Assembly: GCA_963695545.1 (NCBI GenBank)
Contig: OY968796.1
Location: 1,824,001-1,888,000, forward strand
Length of the DNA: 64,000 nucleotides
Source of the DNA: Terriglobia bacterium
GTDB lineage: Bacteria > Acidobacteriota > Terriglobia > Acidiferrales > UBA7541
Direction: 5' to 3'
Below, piece after piece: positions 29,922-40,502 of the stretch. The notes under the pieces are model-generated. The model saw only the letters and a list, made by a program, of their open reading frames with translations. It was not told the origin of the DNA and did not search any database. Made by a program: the position numbers and the translations under genes. Within the stretch, counting starts at the first letter, position 1; each line of letters opens with the position of its first letter.

Positions 29922-30800
29922 CTAATCGCGCCAGGGATGCTTCAGGCCAAATTTCCAGCGAAATGCCCGCTTCTCCGCCGGCGAATATTCGTCCGGATAT
30001 TTCTGCAAGCGGTCGGGCAGCACCTGGACGTCGGGTTCCTTGAGACGCAACCCATGCCACGGGAGAGAAATGAATCCGTGGCGTTCGCCGTGCGCGAGAA
30101 ACACGTGGCCGTCATAACCGACGAAAATGCGAGGCACGCCGGAATCGTCGCGCATGAGGGCGAGAGAATTATCAGGGATTCCGAAAGCGGTGTAGTGCTC
30201 CGACGCGACAAACAGAAGATTCAGGTAGGTCGTGGCGATTAACTCATATCCTTTTCGCCGGCCCAATTCGACCAGCGACGCCGGGCTCGCTCCCTGTCTG
30301 CGCCCAGGCCTTTTTTCCTGCACAAACAACATTGAATTCGCGAGCGTGGGGTTGTACTCGATCACCACCAGTTTCGGGCGATAGGCCTCGACCGCTTCCC
30401 AGGCGTAAAAATCGTTTCCGTCGATGTCGATCGAGAGCAAATCGAAATTCTTTGGGATTTCCGTGCGTGAGAGCAGCGTGTCGAGCGAATCCGATTTCGA
30501 GTAGCCGACGGAAGCGTTGATCAGGACGTGGCGGCCGGAAGCGCCGTGAGTGCGCTCGAGATCGCGAAATCTCGCCGGATCGGCCTCGATCAACACCGCG
30601 CGGTAATTCTGCGACACGATTAGATCGCACGTATTGCTCGCGGCTTTTCCGTCCCACGCGCCGAACTCGACGCACCAGGACGTGCGCTCCGACAAGAGTC
30701 TAAGTGCCTTGGCGATGATGCCATCCTCGCCACACTCAGATGTGACGTTTGCGGCGTGACGCGACAACCAGCGGCTCTGTTCCTGCAGGTCCTTCAACAC
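29922..30800 (-). CDS. FkbM-like SAM-dependent methyltransferase-fold protein
   Basis: S..GEDG, VEFGAWDG..SNT, DLLSIDIDGND and VIEYN motifs; GTG start after GAGGA. Confidence 0.75.
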   Translation of the reverse strand: MLKDLQEQSRWLSRHAANVTSECGEDGIIAKALRLLSERTSWCVEFGAWDGKAASNTCDLIVSQNYRAVLIEADPARFRDLERTHGASGRHVLINASVGYSKSDSLDTLLSRTEIPKNFDLLSIDIDGNDFYAWEAVEAYRPKLVVIEYNPTLANSMLFVQEKRPGRRQGASPASLVELGRRKGYELIATTYLNLLFVASEHYTAFGIPDNSLALMRDDSGVPRIFVGYDGHVFLAHGERHGFISLPWHGLRLKEPDVQVLPDRLQKYPDEYSPAEKRAFRWKFGLKHPWRD

Positions 30801-30991
30801 GAGATCCTCACGTGACGCCTGAATTGAATTTCGAAGCCCCCGGCGCGAGACTCGCGGAATTGTATCACCCGCGAGTGGCCGCGCCTTTGGCCTAGGGCGG
30901 GGTATTATTCCGGCCGGCAAATGCCAAAAATGATTTAGACTCTGAGGCCGCAACGAATATGGAATCGCATTCAGGCAACACGGAGGTTCAA

Positions 30992-32242
30992 GTGAAAAAG
31001 AAATCGAGTTCTGCCGCGTGGCTGATCCTCGCCGCACTTGCTTCGCTCGCGCTTACCGCGACGGCCGGATCGGGCGCGGATCAGAACACAGACCACTGGG
31101 TGGGCACATGGGCCACGGCCCCGCTTCTACTGGTTCCTCCGACGAACCCAAACGCTCCTGCCGCTCCGATATTTAAAGACACCACGTTGCGGCAGGTCGT
31201 GCACGTGTCGATCGGTGGCCCCTCGGTCCGCGTGCGATTCTCGAATGCCTTCGGCACCACGCCGCTGGTGATTTCGTCGGCGCACGTGGCGGTACCCGCG
31301 GGTGGCGGCGCGATTCGTGCGGACAGCGATAAGGCTCTCACGTTTGGCGGACAATCGTCCGTGACCATTCCGGCGGGAGCGCCGATGTATTCCGACGCGC
31401 TCGATTTCAATCTCGCTGCGTTGTCCGATCTCACGATCACGATTCACGTGGCCGAAGCGCCTGAGGGCACGACCATGCACGGAGGATCGAACGCCACATC
31501 CTACCTGCAATCCGGTGACGAGGTGTCGGCCGCGGATATGACCTCGGCGACGCATGTGGAGCATTGGTATTTTCTCGATGGCGTGGACGTGCAATCGTCG
31601 CGCGCCGCCGGCGCGGTGGTTGCGTTCGGCGACTCCATCACCGATGGCGCGCACTCAACGGCAAATGCCAATTCCCGTTGGCCTGATGATTTGGCGCGGC
31701 GTCTTGCGGCGAACAAGAAAACGGCTGGCGTCGGCGTGTTGAACGAAGGAATCGGCGGGAACCGCATTCTGCATGACATGACCGGGCCGAACGCGCTGGC
31801 GCGCTTCGATCGCGATGTTCTTGCGCAGAGCGGCGTGCGCTGGCTGATCATACTCGAGGGCATCAACGATCTTGGCGCGCACGGACGAGCCGTTCCGCGC
31901 AACGAAACGATTCCGACGGCGCAGGAATTGATCGCCGCGTACCAGCAAATTATTTTGAGGGCGCATACCCACCATATTCGGGTCTACGGCGCTACGATTC
32001 TCCCGTATCAAGGAGCCAACTATTTCTCGGCGGAGGGCGAGGCCGATCGCGAGACGATCAATAAATGGATTCGCACCAGCGGCGCGTTTGACGCCGTAAT
32101 CGATCTCGACGCCGCCACGCGCGATCCCCAGAAGCCCACGCAGTTCGCGCCATCCGACGACAGCGGCGATCATCTGCATCCAGGCGACGCGGGCTACAAA
32201 GCGATGGCCGACGCCATCGACCTGAAATTGTTTCTGAAGTGA
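30992..32242 (+). CDS. SGNH/GDSL hydrolase (probable carbohydrate acetylesterase)
   Basis: FGDSITDG, GIGGNR, EGIND and DHLHP motifs; signal peptide; GTG start after GGAGG. Confidence 0.9.
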   Translation: MKKKSSSAAWLILAALASLALTATAGSGADQNTDHWVGTWATAPLLLVPPTNPNAPAAPIFKDTTLRQVVHVSIGGPSVRVRFSNAFGTTPLVISSAHVAVPAGGGAIRADSDKALTFGGQSSVTIPAGAPMYSDALDFNLAALSDLTITIHVAEAPEGTTMHGGSNATSYLQSGDEVSAADMTSATHVEHWYFLDGVDVQSSRAAGAVVAFGDSITDGAHSTANANSRWPDDLARRLAANKKTAGVGVLNEGIGGNRILHDMTGPNALARFDRDVLAQSGVRWLIILEGINDLGAHGRAVPRNETIPTAQELIAAYQQIILRAHTHHIRVYGATILPYQGANYFSAEGEADRETINKWIRTSGAFDAVIDLDAATRDPQKPTQFAPSDDSGDHLHPGDAGYKAMADAIDLKLFLK

Positions 32243-32309
32243 TGAGCGCGTGACGTCGAGTTCGTCAAGCGACGCGGAAGATTCGCCGAAGCGCGCGGAG
32301 CATCGAGCC

Positions 32310-32765
32310 ATGAAGCTTGAGATGGATGATGGGGCGATGCTCGCCGTGGCTCTGGCGGAGGCACGCAAGGGCCTGGCGGAAGGCGGCCTCCCGATCGGCG
32401 CGGCTATTTTTGACGCGAGCGGAAAGCTTCTCGCCGCGGGACACAATCGTCGCGTGCAGGATGGCGATCCCGCGACGCACGCGGAAACCGACGCCTTCCG
32501 CAGAGCGGGCCGCCAGCGCAGCTATCGCGATCTCGTGATGGTCACGACGCTTGCGCCTTGCTGGTATTGCAGCGGCCTGGTACGCCAATTCGGATTCGCA
32601 AAGCTGATCGTGGGTGAGAGCCGCAATTTTCGCGGGGGCATGGATTGGCTGCGCTCGAACGGCATCGCAGTTGTCGATCTCGATTCCGAGGAATGCGCGG
32701 CGCTGCTGGCGAATTACATCCGCGAAAATCCTGGGGTGTGGAACGAAGATATCGGGCGAGAGTGA
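32310..32765 (+). CDS. Zn-dependent cytosine/nucleoside deaminase (yeast-cytosine-deaminase-like)
   Basis: EGGLPIGA, HNRRVQ, HAE, PCWYC and C-terminal WNEDIG motifs. Confidence 0.88.
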   Translation: MKLEMDDGAMLAVALAEARKGLAEGGLPIGAAIFDASGKLLAAGHNRRVQDGDPATHAETDAFRRAGRQRSYRDLVMVTTLAPCWYCSGLVRQFGFAKLIVGESRNFRGGMDWLRSNGIAVVDLDSEECAALLANYIRENPGVWNEDIGRE

Positions 32766-32882
32766 CGCTCAGCGCGCTGTGGGTGCTCGAGCGACGTGCC
32801 CACGCGCCAAAATAGATCAGCGGCGACCGTCGCGTGATGGCCGCCGCTTCTTGTTGTTGAAAGTTTTTTTCAGGCTCTTCGG

Positions 32883-35800
32883 TCAGAATTGAAGCGCGAC
32901 GGACAATTGGAACTCGCGCGGGCTGCCTATCGTCTTGTCGGTTATGCCCAAACCGCCGGGGCAGTTGTAGAAGGAGCCGTTCGTGGGGCCGCTGCCGGTG
33001 CAGGTGTTGGGCAACGCGGGCTGACCCTCGATTGGAAAGCCGTTGTAAAATTCGTTCTGGAAAACGTTGTCGATGGGGAGGTCAAAGCTCGGCGTGTTGG
33101 TAATGTTGTAGACGTCCAGGCTGACCCTTAAGTCGAGGCGCTCGCCGATCTTGGTCATTTTCACGACGGAAATGTTCGCGACGCGTTGCCAGGGCTGCCG
33201 GAAAATATTGCGCTCGCTGGTCTGGACGAAGTTCGTCTCGTATTCATCGCCGGGGGGAATGGCCCCGTTGAGCGCACCGGGAGCGAGCGTTTGAACGCCG
33301 AAGCACGAGACGTTCAGCGCGGGGTCGTTTGGATTCGTACCGTTTGTGCCGGTGACCGCGCTTTGGGCCGTGCAGTTGCCTACGAGGGGAACGACCGGGT
33401 TGGTGATCCCGTTGGCGACGCCGTAGAAGATGCTGCCGACGGCGCCGGTGTAGTCGACCACGCTGTAGGGCTGTCCGCTTTGGATCGTGACGATGCCATC
33501 AAGCGACCAACCATCGATGAAGACTCCCATCAACGACGCCTCCGGCGCGAAACTGTGCAGCTCGTATCGGAAGTCGAAGTTGATCACGTGGGTGCGGTCG
33601 AAGTCGGATAGTCCGTATGCACTGTGCAGATTGAGAGGATTATTGCCGTTGTAAAAGAGACCCATGGCACTCTGATCGTCCATCGATCGAGAAAGCGTGT
33701 AGGAGACGCCGGCCTGGAGACCGTGGCTCATGCGTTTTTCGAAGTGCATTTGCAGAGCGTTGTACACGGAGACGCCGGCGGCGGTATACATTTCCGACTC
33801 CCCCGCATAGCCGATATACGGAACGCGCAAATCGGTGTTGCCACCCTCAAAGGTCTCAAGCTCCTGCCCCTGACCGTTGGGGAGGGTGATGGGACTACAT
33901 CCAGCGGAACTCGAGCAGTCGGTAAGAACCGTGTAGCCGTACGTATAGTCCTGTCCGTGAATGGGTGCGGTAGGCGTGGCAATGCCCGGCTGGTTGAAAG
34001 GAATCGGAACCACTTCGTGGCGTCCGAGAGCATTCACGTATCCGATGTCGATAGCGATGTCGCTGCGCGGCTGCCACTGCACGTCGAAGGTGCTGGCGAT
34101 ACTGTACGGCAGCTTGTTGGTCGGCGCGTAGGAAGCCAAGGAAAGCGGCTGCGCGCCGTCTTCGATTGCAGCCATATTCGGCAGAGAGTTGACGATGGTC
34201 GCCGGATTTCCCGATGGAGCCGCTTCCTTGGTCGGGCCCCATGGATTTGCGAAGGAGTAGCCCTGGGAAGGATCGCAAATGGCCGGGAAGTAGAAGGTTG
34301 CTGTTTCCGCGGGGCAGACCTGCGTGGCCACGGCGGGAGGAGCCTGGTTCACGCCGAACGGTCCGCCGGTGGTCTCGCCCGCGGTATAGCCCGGCGATAG
34401 ATACGTAAACAGTTCTCCGCGATCGTAATAGATTCCCGATCCGGCTCGAATCACGAGTTTGTTGTCGAATTTCTTGGGACTCCAAGCAGCGCCGAAGCGA
34501 GGCGCGAAGCCATATTGCCGGCCCGTCAGGGTGGTCTTGCTCTCGCCGGGCGTTGGGAACTGTGCGTTGTTTCCGGCTACGACAATTCCGGTTTCAGGGT
34601 TGCCGTTTGAATCTGTGTTGAACGCATCTGTGTTTTCGTTAAAGGAATAGTCCCCCGGATTGAAGTTGTAGATGTGGCCGTATTTTTCGGTGAGGCCGCC
34701 ATCCCAATCGACGCGCAGACCGAAGGTCAGGCTGAGATTGCTGCGAATCTGAAATTTATCCTCAATATATTCACCCATTTGATTCGCGCGATAGTAGCGG
34801 CTGGCGTCGCCGACCAGGAACGAGGTGGTGTTGAAGTTGTAGCCGGGGATAGGTGTGACGATTCCCTGCAGGAAGTCGGAGAAAGTGGGGAAAGCGATCA
34901 TGCCCAACTGCGTGCGGTTGTCGCGCGTGTTCAGCTGGGTGTACGAGAAGTTCCCGCCGAAGGTGATGGTGTGCTTGTTGTGAATCCAAATCGCGTCGGC
35001 CGATGGCTCGAAGCGATTCTGGAACACGCCCGTCAAATCTCCCTGCGACGCCGAGCCGGCGCCAAAAGTCATGGCTTGCGTATAGGGTAGGGTAGACGTT
35101 TCTCCAAGTGTGTCCACGATGCTCATGCCAGGGAAAAAACTCGAGCCGAACGTGTTGATCGTGGAAGCTGCCGGTGTTGCGCCAGTGAGTTGCTCGACGT
35201 AAGTCGCCAGGCCGTTGGGAGTGAAGGGCTGGCTTTCGGAACTATAAAGCTTCTCGCGGTCGAAGCCGAAGATTTCCGTGACGCTCAGATTGGATCCAAT
35301 CATCTCCGAGTTGTTGAGCGAGAATACTTGGCTGCCGGCCGTGAGGTGCTGGGTGAATCCCGCGAAGCTCGAATAAGCGTACGGCGCGATGCTGGGATCA
35401 TCCTGGTAGTAATACTTGGCCGCCACGGTGTGCGTCGGGCTTGGGTCCCAATCGAGATCGGCGACGCCCTGATGCGCGATGAAATACGCAGTGCCCGGGA
35501 CAAGCGCATCTTCCGGAAATGCCGTCGAGGGCGTGCTTCCGTTAGCCGACGGGATCAGGTACTGGCCGTTGGGAAGCTTGTAATTCAAAAGTGCGTAGGC
35601 GATCGGATTGATGTCGCCGGTATTGAGCGTGTTTGCCTCGCAGGCTGTAGACTGGCACACGCTACCCGAGACAGTGTCAACCGATCCCACGAAGCCATCA
35701 GGGAACTCACTATTGGCTAAATTTGCCAAAGTTTGGGCGGAGCGATCGTTCGTAAGGCCCGGAGGAACGGTGGTGCGCGAAATGCCGATTTCCTGATCGG

Positions 35801-36878
35801 CGTCGTGGAGATTCTGGTAGCTGATGAAGTAAAAAAGTTTGTTCTTTTTGATCGGGCCACCGAGAGTTCCGCCTTCGACGAACCGGTTTAGGCCGGGGAC
35901 CTTTTGGTCAGTGGCGAGGTTCGGATCCGCGTTGAAAAAGAAGGGCGCGGCATTAAGCATATTCGTCTCGCCGTGAAAATATGCGCTGCCGTGAATCTCG
36001 TTGGTGCCCGAGCTCGTGCTCATATCGATGTGCGCTCCGCTGCTTGAGCCCTGTTGCGCGTCGTACATCGAGGCGTTCACGCGAACTTCAGCCAGAGTCT
36101 CAGGCGGGGGACTGGGCAGGGATTCGCCGATGGCGAGATAAGGAGAGGCGGTGCTCTGGACCGGGTCCGAACTAAGGTTGGAGGCGCCGCTTACACCGGT
36201 GTTGTTCACGATTCGAGCCGACGCCACTTGGCTGGTGCTCTTTCCATTGAAGAGGTTGCTGCCGTCAACGCCGTTGAGCAAGAAACTGTTGCTGGTGTCG
36301 CGCTGCCCATTGGCCCAGATGGGCGAATTGCCTAAGCCGGCGTTGGCTCCGCTCCCGCCGGATAGTTCGGCGTTCACGCCCGGAGTCAAGATGGCGACGC
36401 CGGTAAAGCTGCCGGTCGGCAGAGGAACGGCGCTGAGCTGGCTCGTATCGAGTACATAGCCATTCGTGGTGTCCACGGAATTGATTAGCGGAGTTTCGTT
36501 GACTGTGACGGTCTGGCCCACCGTACCGACCTGCAGCGTCGCGTCCACCGTCACCGTGCGGTTGGCTTGCACGAGGATGGACGGAATGTTCAACGTCTGG
36601 AATCCATCATGTGTGAACGTGAGGGTGTAGGTTCCGATGGGTAGATTCACAAAATTGTAGGTGCCGGAATCGTCGGTGGCCGCTGAGCGCTGCAATTTCG
36701 TCTGGTCACCCACGACCATTACCGAAGTTTTCGGCGCGACTGCGCCGGAAGTGTCTGTGACCACACCGTTGATGCTGCCGAGCGTCTGCTGCGCCCGCGC
36801 TCCCGTCGCGATTCCGAAAGCGATTGAAAAGAGGACAGATGAACACAGAAGGGAAAGCGCTCCACCCTTGAATTTCAT
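32883..36878 (-). CDS. TonB-dependent receptor-like outer membrane protein
   Basis: GGAGG RBS before MKFKGG; signal peptide, N-terminal GVVTDTSGAV domain, SGTNEIHG, FAPRFG and a terminal Phe. Confidence 0.92.
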   Translation of the reverse strand: MKFKGGALSLLCSSVLFSIAFGIATGARAQQTLGSINGVVTDTSGAVAPKTSVMVVGDQTKLQRSAATDDSGTYNFVNLPIGTYTLTFTHDGFQTLNIPSILVQANRTVTVDATLQVGTVGQTVTVNETPLINSVDTTNGYVLDTSQLSAVPLPTGSFTGVAILTPGVNAELSGGSGANAGLGNSPIWANGQRDTSNSFLLNGVDGSNLFNGKSTSQVASARIVNNTGVSGASNLSSDPVQSTASPYLAIGESLPSPPPETLAEVRVNASMYDAQQGSSSGAHIDMSTSSGTNEIHGSAYFHGETNMLNAAPFFFNADPNLATDQKVPGLNRFVEGGTLGGPIKKNKLFYFISYQNLHDADQEIGISRTTVPPGLTNDRSAQTLANLANSEFPDGFVGSVDTVSGSVCQSTACEANTLNTGDINPIAYALLNYKLPNGQYLIPSANGSTPSTAFPEDALVPGTAYFIAHQGVADLDWDPSPTHTVAAKYYYQDDPSIAPYAYSSFAGFTQHLTAGSQVFSLNNSEMIGSNLSVTEIFGFDREKLYSSESQPFTPNGLATYVEQLTGATPAASTINTFGSSFFPGMSIVDTLGETSTLPYTQAMTFGAGSASQGDLTGVFQNRFEPSADAIWIHNKHTITFGGNFSYTQLNTRDNRTQLGMIAFPTFSDFLQGIVTPIPGYNFNTTSFLVGDASRYYRANQMGEYIEDKFQIRSNLSLTFGLRVDWDGGLTEKYGHIYNFNPGDYSFNENTDAFNTDSNGNPETGIVVAGNNAQFPTPGESKTTLTGRQYGFAPRFGAAWSPKKFDNKLVIRAGSGIYYDRGELFTYLSPGYTAGETTGGPFGVNQAPPAVATQVCPAETATFYFPAICDPSQGYSFANPWGPTKEAAPSGNPATIVNSLPNMAAIEDGAQPLSLASYAPTNKLPYSIASTFDVQWQPRSDIAIDIGYVNALGRHEVVPIPFNQPGIATPTAPIHGQDYTYGYTVLTDCSSSAGCSPITLPNGQGQELETFEGGNTDLRVPYIGYAGESEMYTAAGVSVYNALQMHFEKRMSHGLQAGVSYTLSRSMDDQSAMGLFYNGNNPLNLHSAYGLSDFDRTHVINFDFRYELHSFAPEASLMGVFIDGWSLDGIVTIQSGQPYSVVDYTGAVGSIFYGVANGITNPVVPLVGNCTAQSAVTGTNGTNPNDPALNVSCFGVQTLAPGALNGAIPPGDEYETNFVQTSERNIFRQPWQRVANISVVKMTKIGERLDLRVSLDVYNITNTPSFDLPIDNVFQNEFYNGFPIEGQPALPNTCTGSGPTNGSFYNCPGGLGITDKTIGSPREFQLSVALQF

Positions 36879-37128
36879 AGGACAATGCCTCCGCATAAGA
36901 AAATCGCTATGCAAACACCCCATTTCTCCCGGTGCATTTGATCGGACGAAGTTAGAGTAAAACTGCGCCGATGTTTAGCGCATTCTTTCTATCGGAGCAA
37001 TCGATTATTTGTCTGGAGACAGACCGAGCGCCAGTTTTCTAAACGATTTCTAAAAACTGTGGATGGAAACGCGCCGCGAATGGAATTCGCCGAATGGCAA
37101 CGCCCAAAATGAACAGGAGGATCCAGCC

Positions 37129-38559
37129 TTAGTTGGCGGATGACACGCGCTCGCGGCGCGCCAGCAGGAACCAGACCATGCCGGCCGCCAGAACACCTAA
37201 ATAGACGTAGGGCAATTTCCCGTAAGGACCTTCGGGTACCGGATAGAGGTTCCCAATCAGCGCAAGAAGCATGGCGACGAAGGCCAGCCATGGGACGGTC
37301 TGCGCGCCGGCCCAATGCACGCCGCGGTCGCGCAAATATCGCGGAACTGCCACGCAGACCAGCGCGTAAGCTACGATAAATCCATAGGTAGCGAGCGATC
37401 CCATCCAGCCATAAACGTCGAGGCCGCTCGCGTGCCGCGCCGCAAGCACAGCGACGGGCAACATCGTGGCCGTGCCGGTGACGAGCACCGCGCGAACGGG
37501 TGTTTCCGTGCGCGCGTGCGTCGCGCGCAAACCGCCGTGGACTAATCCGTTGTGGGACATCAGCAGCAATACCCGCGCTGCCGCCGTGATGCACGCGAGC
37601 GTTCCGGCGAACATGCTCACCATCGCGCCGACGTCGATCAGCGTTCCAAACACCGGCACGCCGGCCACTTTCGCGAGCACGTGCATCGGCGCCTGGCTGC
37701 TGCCCAAATTTTGCCCAACGGTATGAAATCCCAGAACTTCCGTGTAGGCGCAGAGTGTAAAGAATACTCCGGCGATGATGGCGCTTTGGATCACGGCGCG
37801 CGGGATCGTCCGCAGTGGATTCACGGCCTCGGCTCCGAGCGTCGTCGCGCTCTCGAATCCCACGAAACTAAATAGCGCCAGTACGAGCCCGAGACGTAAT
37901 CCGCTGCCGGTCATGCCGCGGAGATGGAACTGCGCCATATCGGCGTGCGGCTCATGACGACCCAACACCAGCACGATCACCGAGAGGATAACGACGAGCG
38001 AGGCGGCCTCGAACCACAGCATCAGACGCGCGGAAATCTTGACGTCGCGCGCCGCGATGAATATGGAAAATCCGGTTACGATCAGCGTCAGCGCGACGGT
38101 GGAAATTGCCCGTCCCGAAGCCGCGCTCAGCAAAATGTTCGCGTAGTAATAGAAGCCGCCGGCGACGCTGGCTCCCGTGGCGATGTAAGCGAGCAGCAAG
38201 CTCCATGCCGCCACGGCCCCAAGCCACGGAGGCAAAATCATAGCCGCGTAGGTGTAAAGCGATCCCGGCGAAGACGAATAGCGCGCGAGGCGGCTGATGC
38301 ACAGCGCCACCAGCAGCACAGCCACCGTGGCCAGCAGATAAGCGAGCCACGTGCCGTTCCCCGCGAGGCCGCAAACCAGTGGAATTGTGGCCGCCGGAGT
38401 CGTGGTGGGAGCAATCGTGGAGACGGATTGAGCGAGCGTCTCCATCGGCGAAAGCACGCCGCGCCGCAAGCCATATCCGGCGGCTTGCGCGTCTTTCTCG
38501 GAAATGTTCTCAAGCAACGATCTATTGAGGTTGCCACTCGCGGGGGCGGGATCTTGCAT
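37129..38559 (-). CDS. APC family amino acid/polyamine permease
   Basis: About 12 hydrophobic segments; AQSVSTIAPT, SPGSLYTY, FSFVGFESA.TLGAE and ARVL motifs. Confidence 0.9.
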   Translation of the reverse strand: MQDPAPASGNLNRSLLENISEKDAQAAGYGLRRGVLSPMETLAQSVSTIAPTTTPAATIPLVCGLAGNGTWLAYLLATVAVLLVALCISRLARYSSSPGSLYTYAAMILPPWLGAVAAWSLLLAYIATGASVAGGFYYYANILLSAASGRAISTVALTLIVTGFSIFIAARDVKISARLMLWFEAASLVVILSVIVLVLGRHEPHADMAQFHLRGMTGSGLRLGLVLALFSFVGFESATTLGAEAVNPLRTIPRAVIQSAIIAGVFFTLCAYTEVLGFHTVGQNLGSSQAPMHVLAKVAGVPVFGTLIDVGAMVSMFAGTLACITAAARVLLLMSHNGLVHGGLRATHARTETPVRAVLVTGTATMLPVAVLAARHASGLDVYGWMGSLATYGFIVAYALVCVAVPRYLRDRGVHWAGAQTVPWLAFVAMLLALIGNLYPVPEGPYGKLPYVYLGVLAAGMVWFLLARRERVSSAN

Positions 38560-38743
38560 GCCGTACCATAGCGGCCTCGCGATTCTGACGCAAGATTTCG
38601 TTTGCGCCGATCGTGGATGTTCGCTCGAACGGAAGCCTTCGCCACAGAATACAACGCATCGATATTTTGCGCGTTCCCTCTTTCGTTGACGCTGCTACGC
38701 TCGCGGCCTATAGTGACCCTCATTTTTCGGGGGAGAACCCGAG

Positions 38744-40039
38744 TTGCTCGAGCGCATTTTTCACCTTCGCGAAAACAAGACCACGGTTCGCCGCGAGATG
38801 CTCGCCGGAATCACCACGTTTATGACCATGGGCTACGTCGTGGTGGTCAATCCGCGAATTCTCTCCGAGGCCGGTATGCCCGTCGAGGGAGTGCTTTTCG
38901 CCACGTGCATTTCTGCGGCTCTCGCTACGCTTGTGATGGGATTGTGGGCGAACTACCCGATTGCGCTGGCGCCCGGAATGTCGCTCAACGCGTATTTCAC
39001 CTACTCGATCGTGATCGGCCGGGGCGTGCCTTGGCAGACGGCGCTGGGCGTGGTTTTTCTTTCAGGCGTGCTGTTCCTGTTGCTCACGCTCACGAACATC
39101 CGCGAACAGATCGTCAACGGCATTCCGGATTGCCTGAAGCACGGCACGGCCGCGGGCATCGGTTTGTTCATTGCGTTTATCGGCCTGCGCAACGCCAACA
39201 TCATCGTGGCCAATCCCTCCACATTCGTGGCGCTTGGAAAAGCCAACGATCCGCGATTTCTGCTCGCCGCCGCAGGCGTGATCCTGATCGCTCTGCTGAT
39301 GGCCCGGCACGTGGGCAGCGCGATTCTGATCGGGATCGTGGCCATTACGCTCGCTGGCATTCCTCTGCACCTGAGCCAGTGGCCGCACCATTTTTTCTCG
39401 CTGCCGCATCCGGGCGGCACGTTTCTAAAACTGGATCTGCGCGCCGCCACGAAAATTGGGCTCGGCGAACTCGTATTCGTTTTTTTCTTTGTGGATCTGT
39501 TCGATAACGTCGGAACATTGGTGGGCGTTTGCGAGCAGGGAGGATTCTTGCGCGATGGCATACTTCCTCGCGCCAGCCGCGCGCTTCTCGCCGATGCTTT
39601 GGGCACCATCGTGGGGGCGCTCACGGGGACGTCCACAGTCACGAGTTACATCGAAAGCGCCGCGGGCGTCGCGGCGGGCGCGCGCACGGGCCTCGGCAAC
39701 GTCGCGATCGCCGGTCTGTTCGTCGGGGCGATGTTCTGCGCGCCGATTGTGGCTTGGATTCCGGCCTACGCAACAGCCCCTGCGCTGATTCTGGTGGGCG
39801 CGCTGATGTGCGGCGCCGTCGCGAGAGTTCGTTGGGACGATTTCACCGATGCATTCCCGGCGTTTCTCACCATCCTCGCGACGCCTCTTACCTTCAGCAT
39901 CGCCACGGGTCTCAGCCTCGGCTTGCTCTCCTTCACGATCCTTAAACTCGGCACAGGGCGGTACCGCGAGATCAGTCCGTTGATTTGGGTCTTGAGCGCC
40001 TTGTTTTTGCTTCGCTACATTTTCCTCGGAAGCGAATAG
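38744..40039 (+). CDS. NCS2/AzgA-type purine (guanine/hypoxanthine/adenine) permease
   Basis: REMLAGITTFMTM.Y, APGMSLNAYF, DLFD..GT, YIESAAG..AGARTG and PLTFSIA.G motifs; TTG start. Confidence 0.92.
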   Translation: MLERIFHLRENKTTVRREMLAGITTFMTMGYVVVVNPRILSEAGMPVEGVLFATCISAALATLVMGLWANYPIALAPGMSLNAYFTYSIVIGRGVPWQTALGVVFLSGVLFLLLTLTNIREQIVNGIPDCLKHGTAAGIGLFIAFIGLRNANIIVANPSTFVALGKANDPRFLLAAAGVILIALLMARHVGSAILIGIVAITLAGIPLHLSQWPHHFFSLPHPGGTFLKLDLRAATKIGLGELVFVFFFVDLFDNVGTLVGVCEQGGFLRDGILPRASRALLADALGTIVGALTGTSTVTSYIESAAGVAAGARTGLGNVAIAGLFVGAMFCAPIVAWIPAYATAPALILVGALMCGAVARVRWDDFTDAFPAFLTILATPLTFSIATGLSLGLLSFTILKLGTGRYREISPLIWVLSALFLLRYIFLGSE

Positions 40040-40397
40040 ACCCTTTCCCGGACGTGAACCGGGCGCCCCGCGGCCGCGCGCTTCGCACAGCGATGTCCGT
40101 CGCCGAAAGCCGCCCCCGGGGAAGCCACCTGGAGCGAGCGGTTGCAACCAAGGAAAACTAAATTTGCGCGCTCCCATACGGAATTGAACTCAAGTGTACG
40201 AAACGGGCCTCAAATTGAGGCGGCCGGAGCGCTTGAAGCGCCGTTCGAGTTGCGGCGTGGAGAGCTGTGGCCAGCAAGTTTCGTTTCGCATAGCAAAACA
40301 CGGAAAGGGCACGGCTTAAGTGCGCGACGGCGGAATCAACAATGAAAACAGGCATAAAGGGAGCGAGGGCGTTTTGTGCTACAAAACCCAGCGGAAA

Positions 40398-40416
40398 TTG
40401 CAAATATGTATTGCAA
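40398..40416. promoter_or_regulatory. Operator candidate upstream of TBDR
   Basis: TTGCAA-ATATGTA-TTGCAA (both direct and inverted repeat), ~85 bp upstream of ATG 40503. Confidence 0.35.
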
Positions 40417-40502
40417 ACAGGGCCGAATTTATAGCAAAGTCCGCCGCACCACGGGGTGGTGGTGCACGTTCCAGTATTCCTGTGAATCTAGGAGGATTTT
40501 AG

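Noticed and set aside
38560..38743. Purine riboswitch upstream of the NCS2 permease
   Set aside because: No conserved purine-aptamer core is visible in this short divergent intergenic region.
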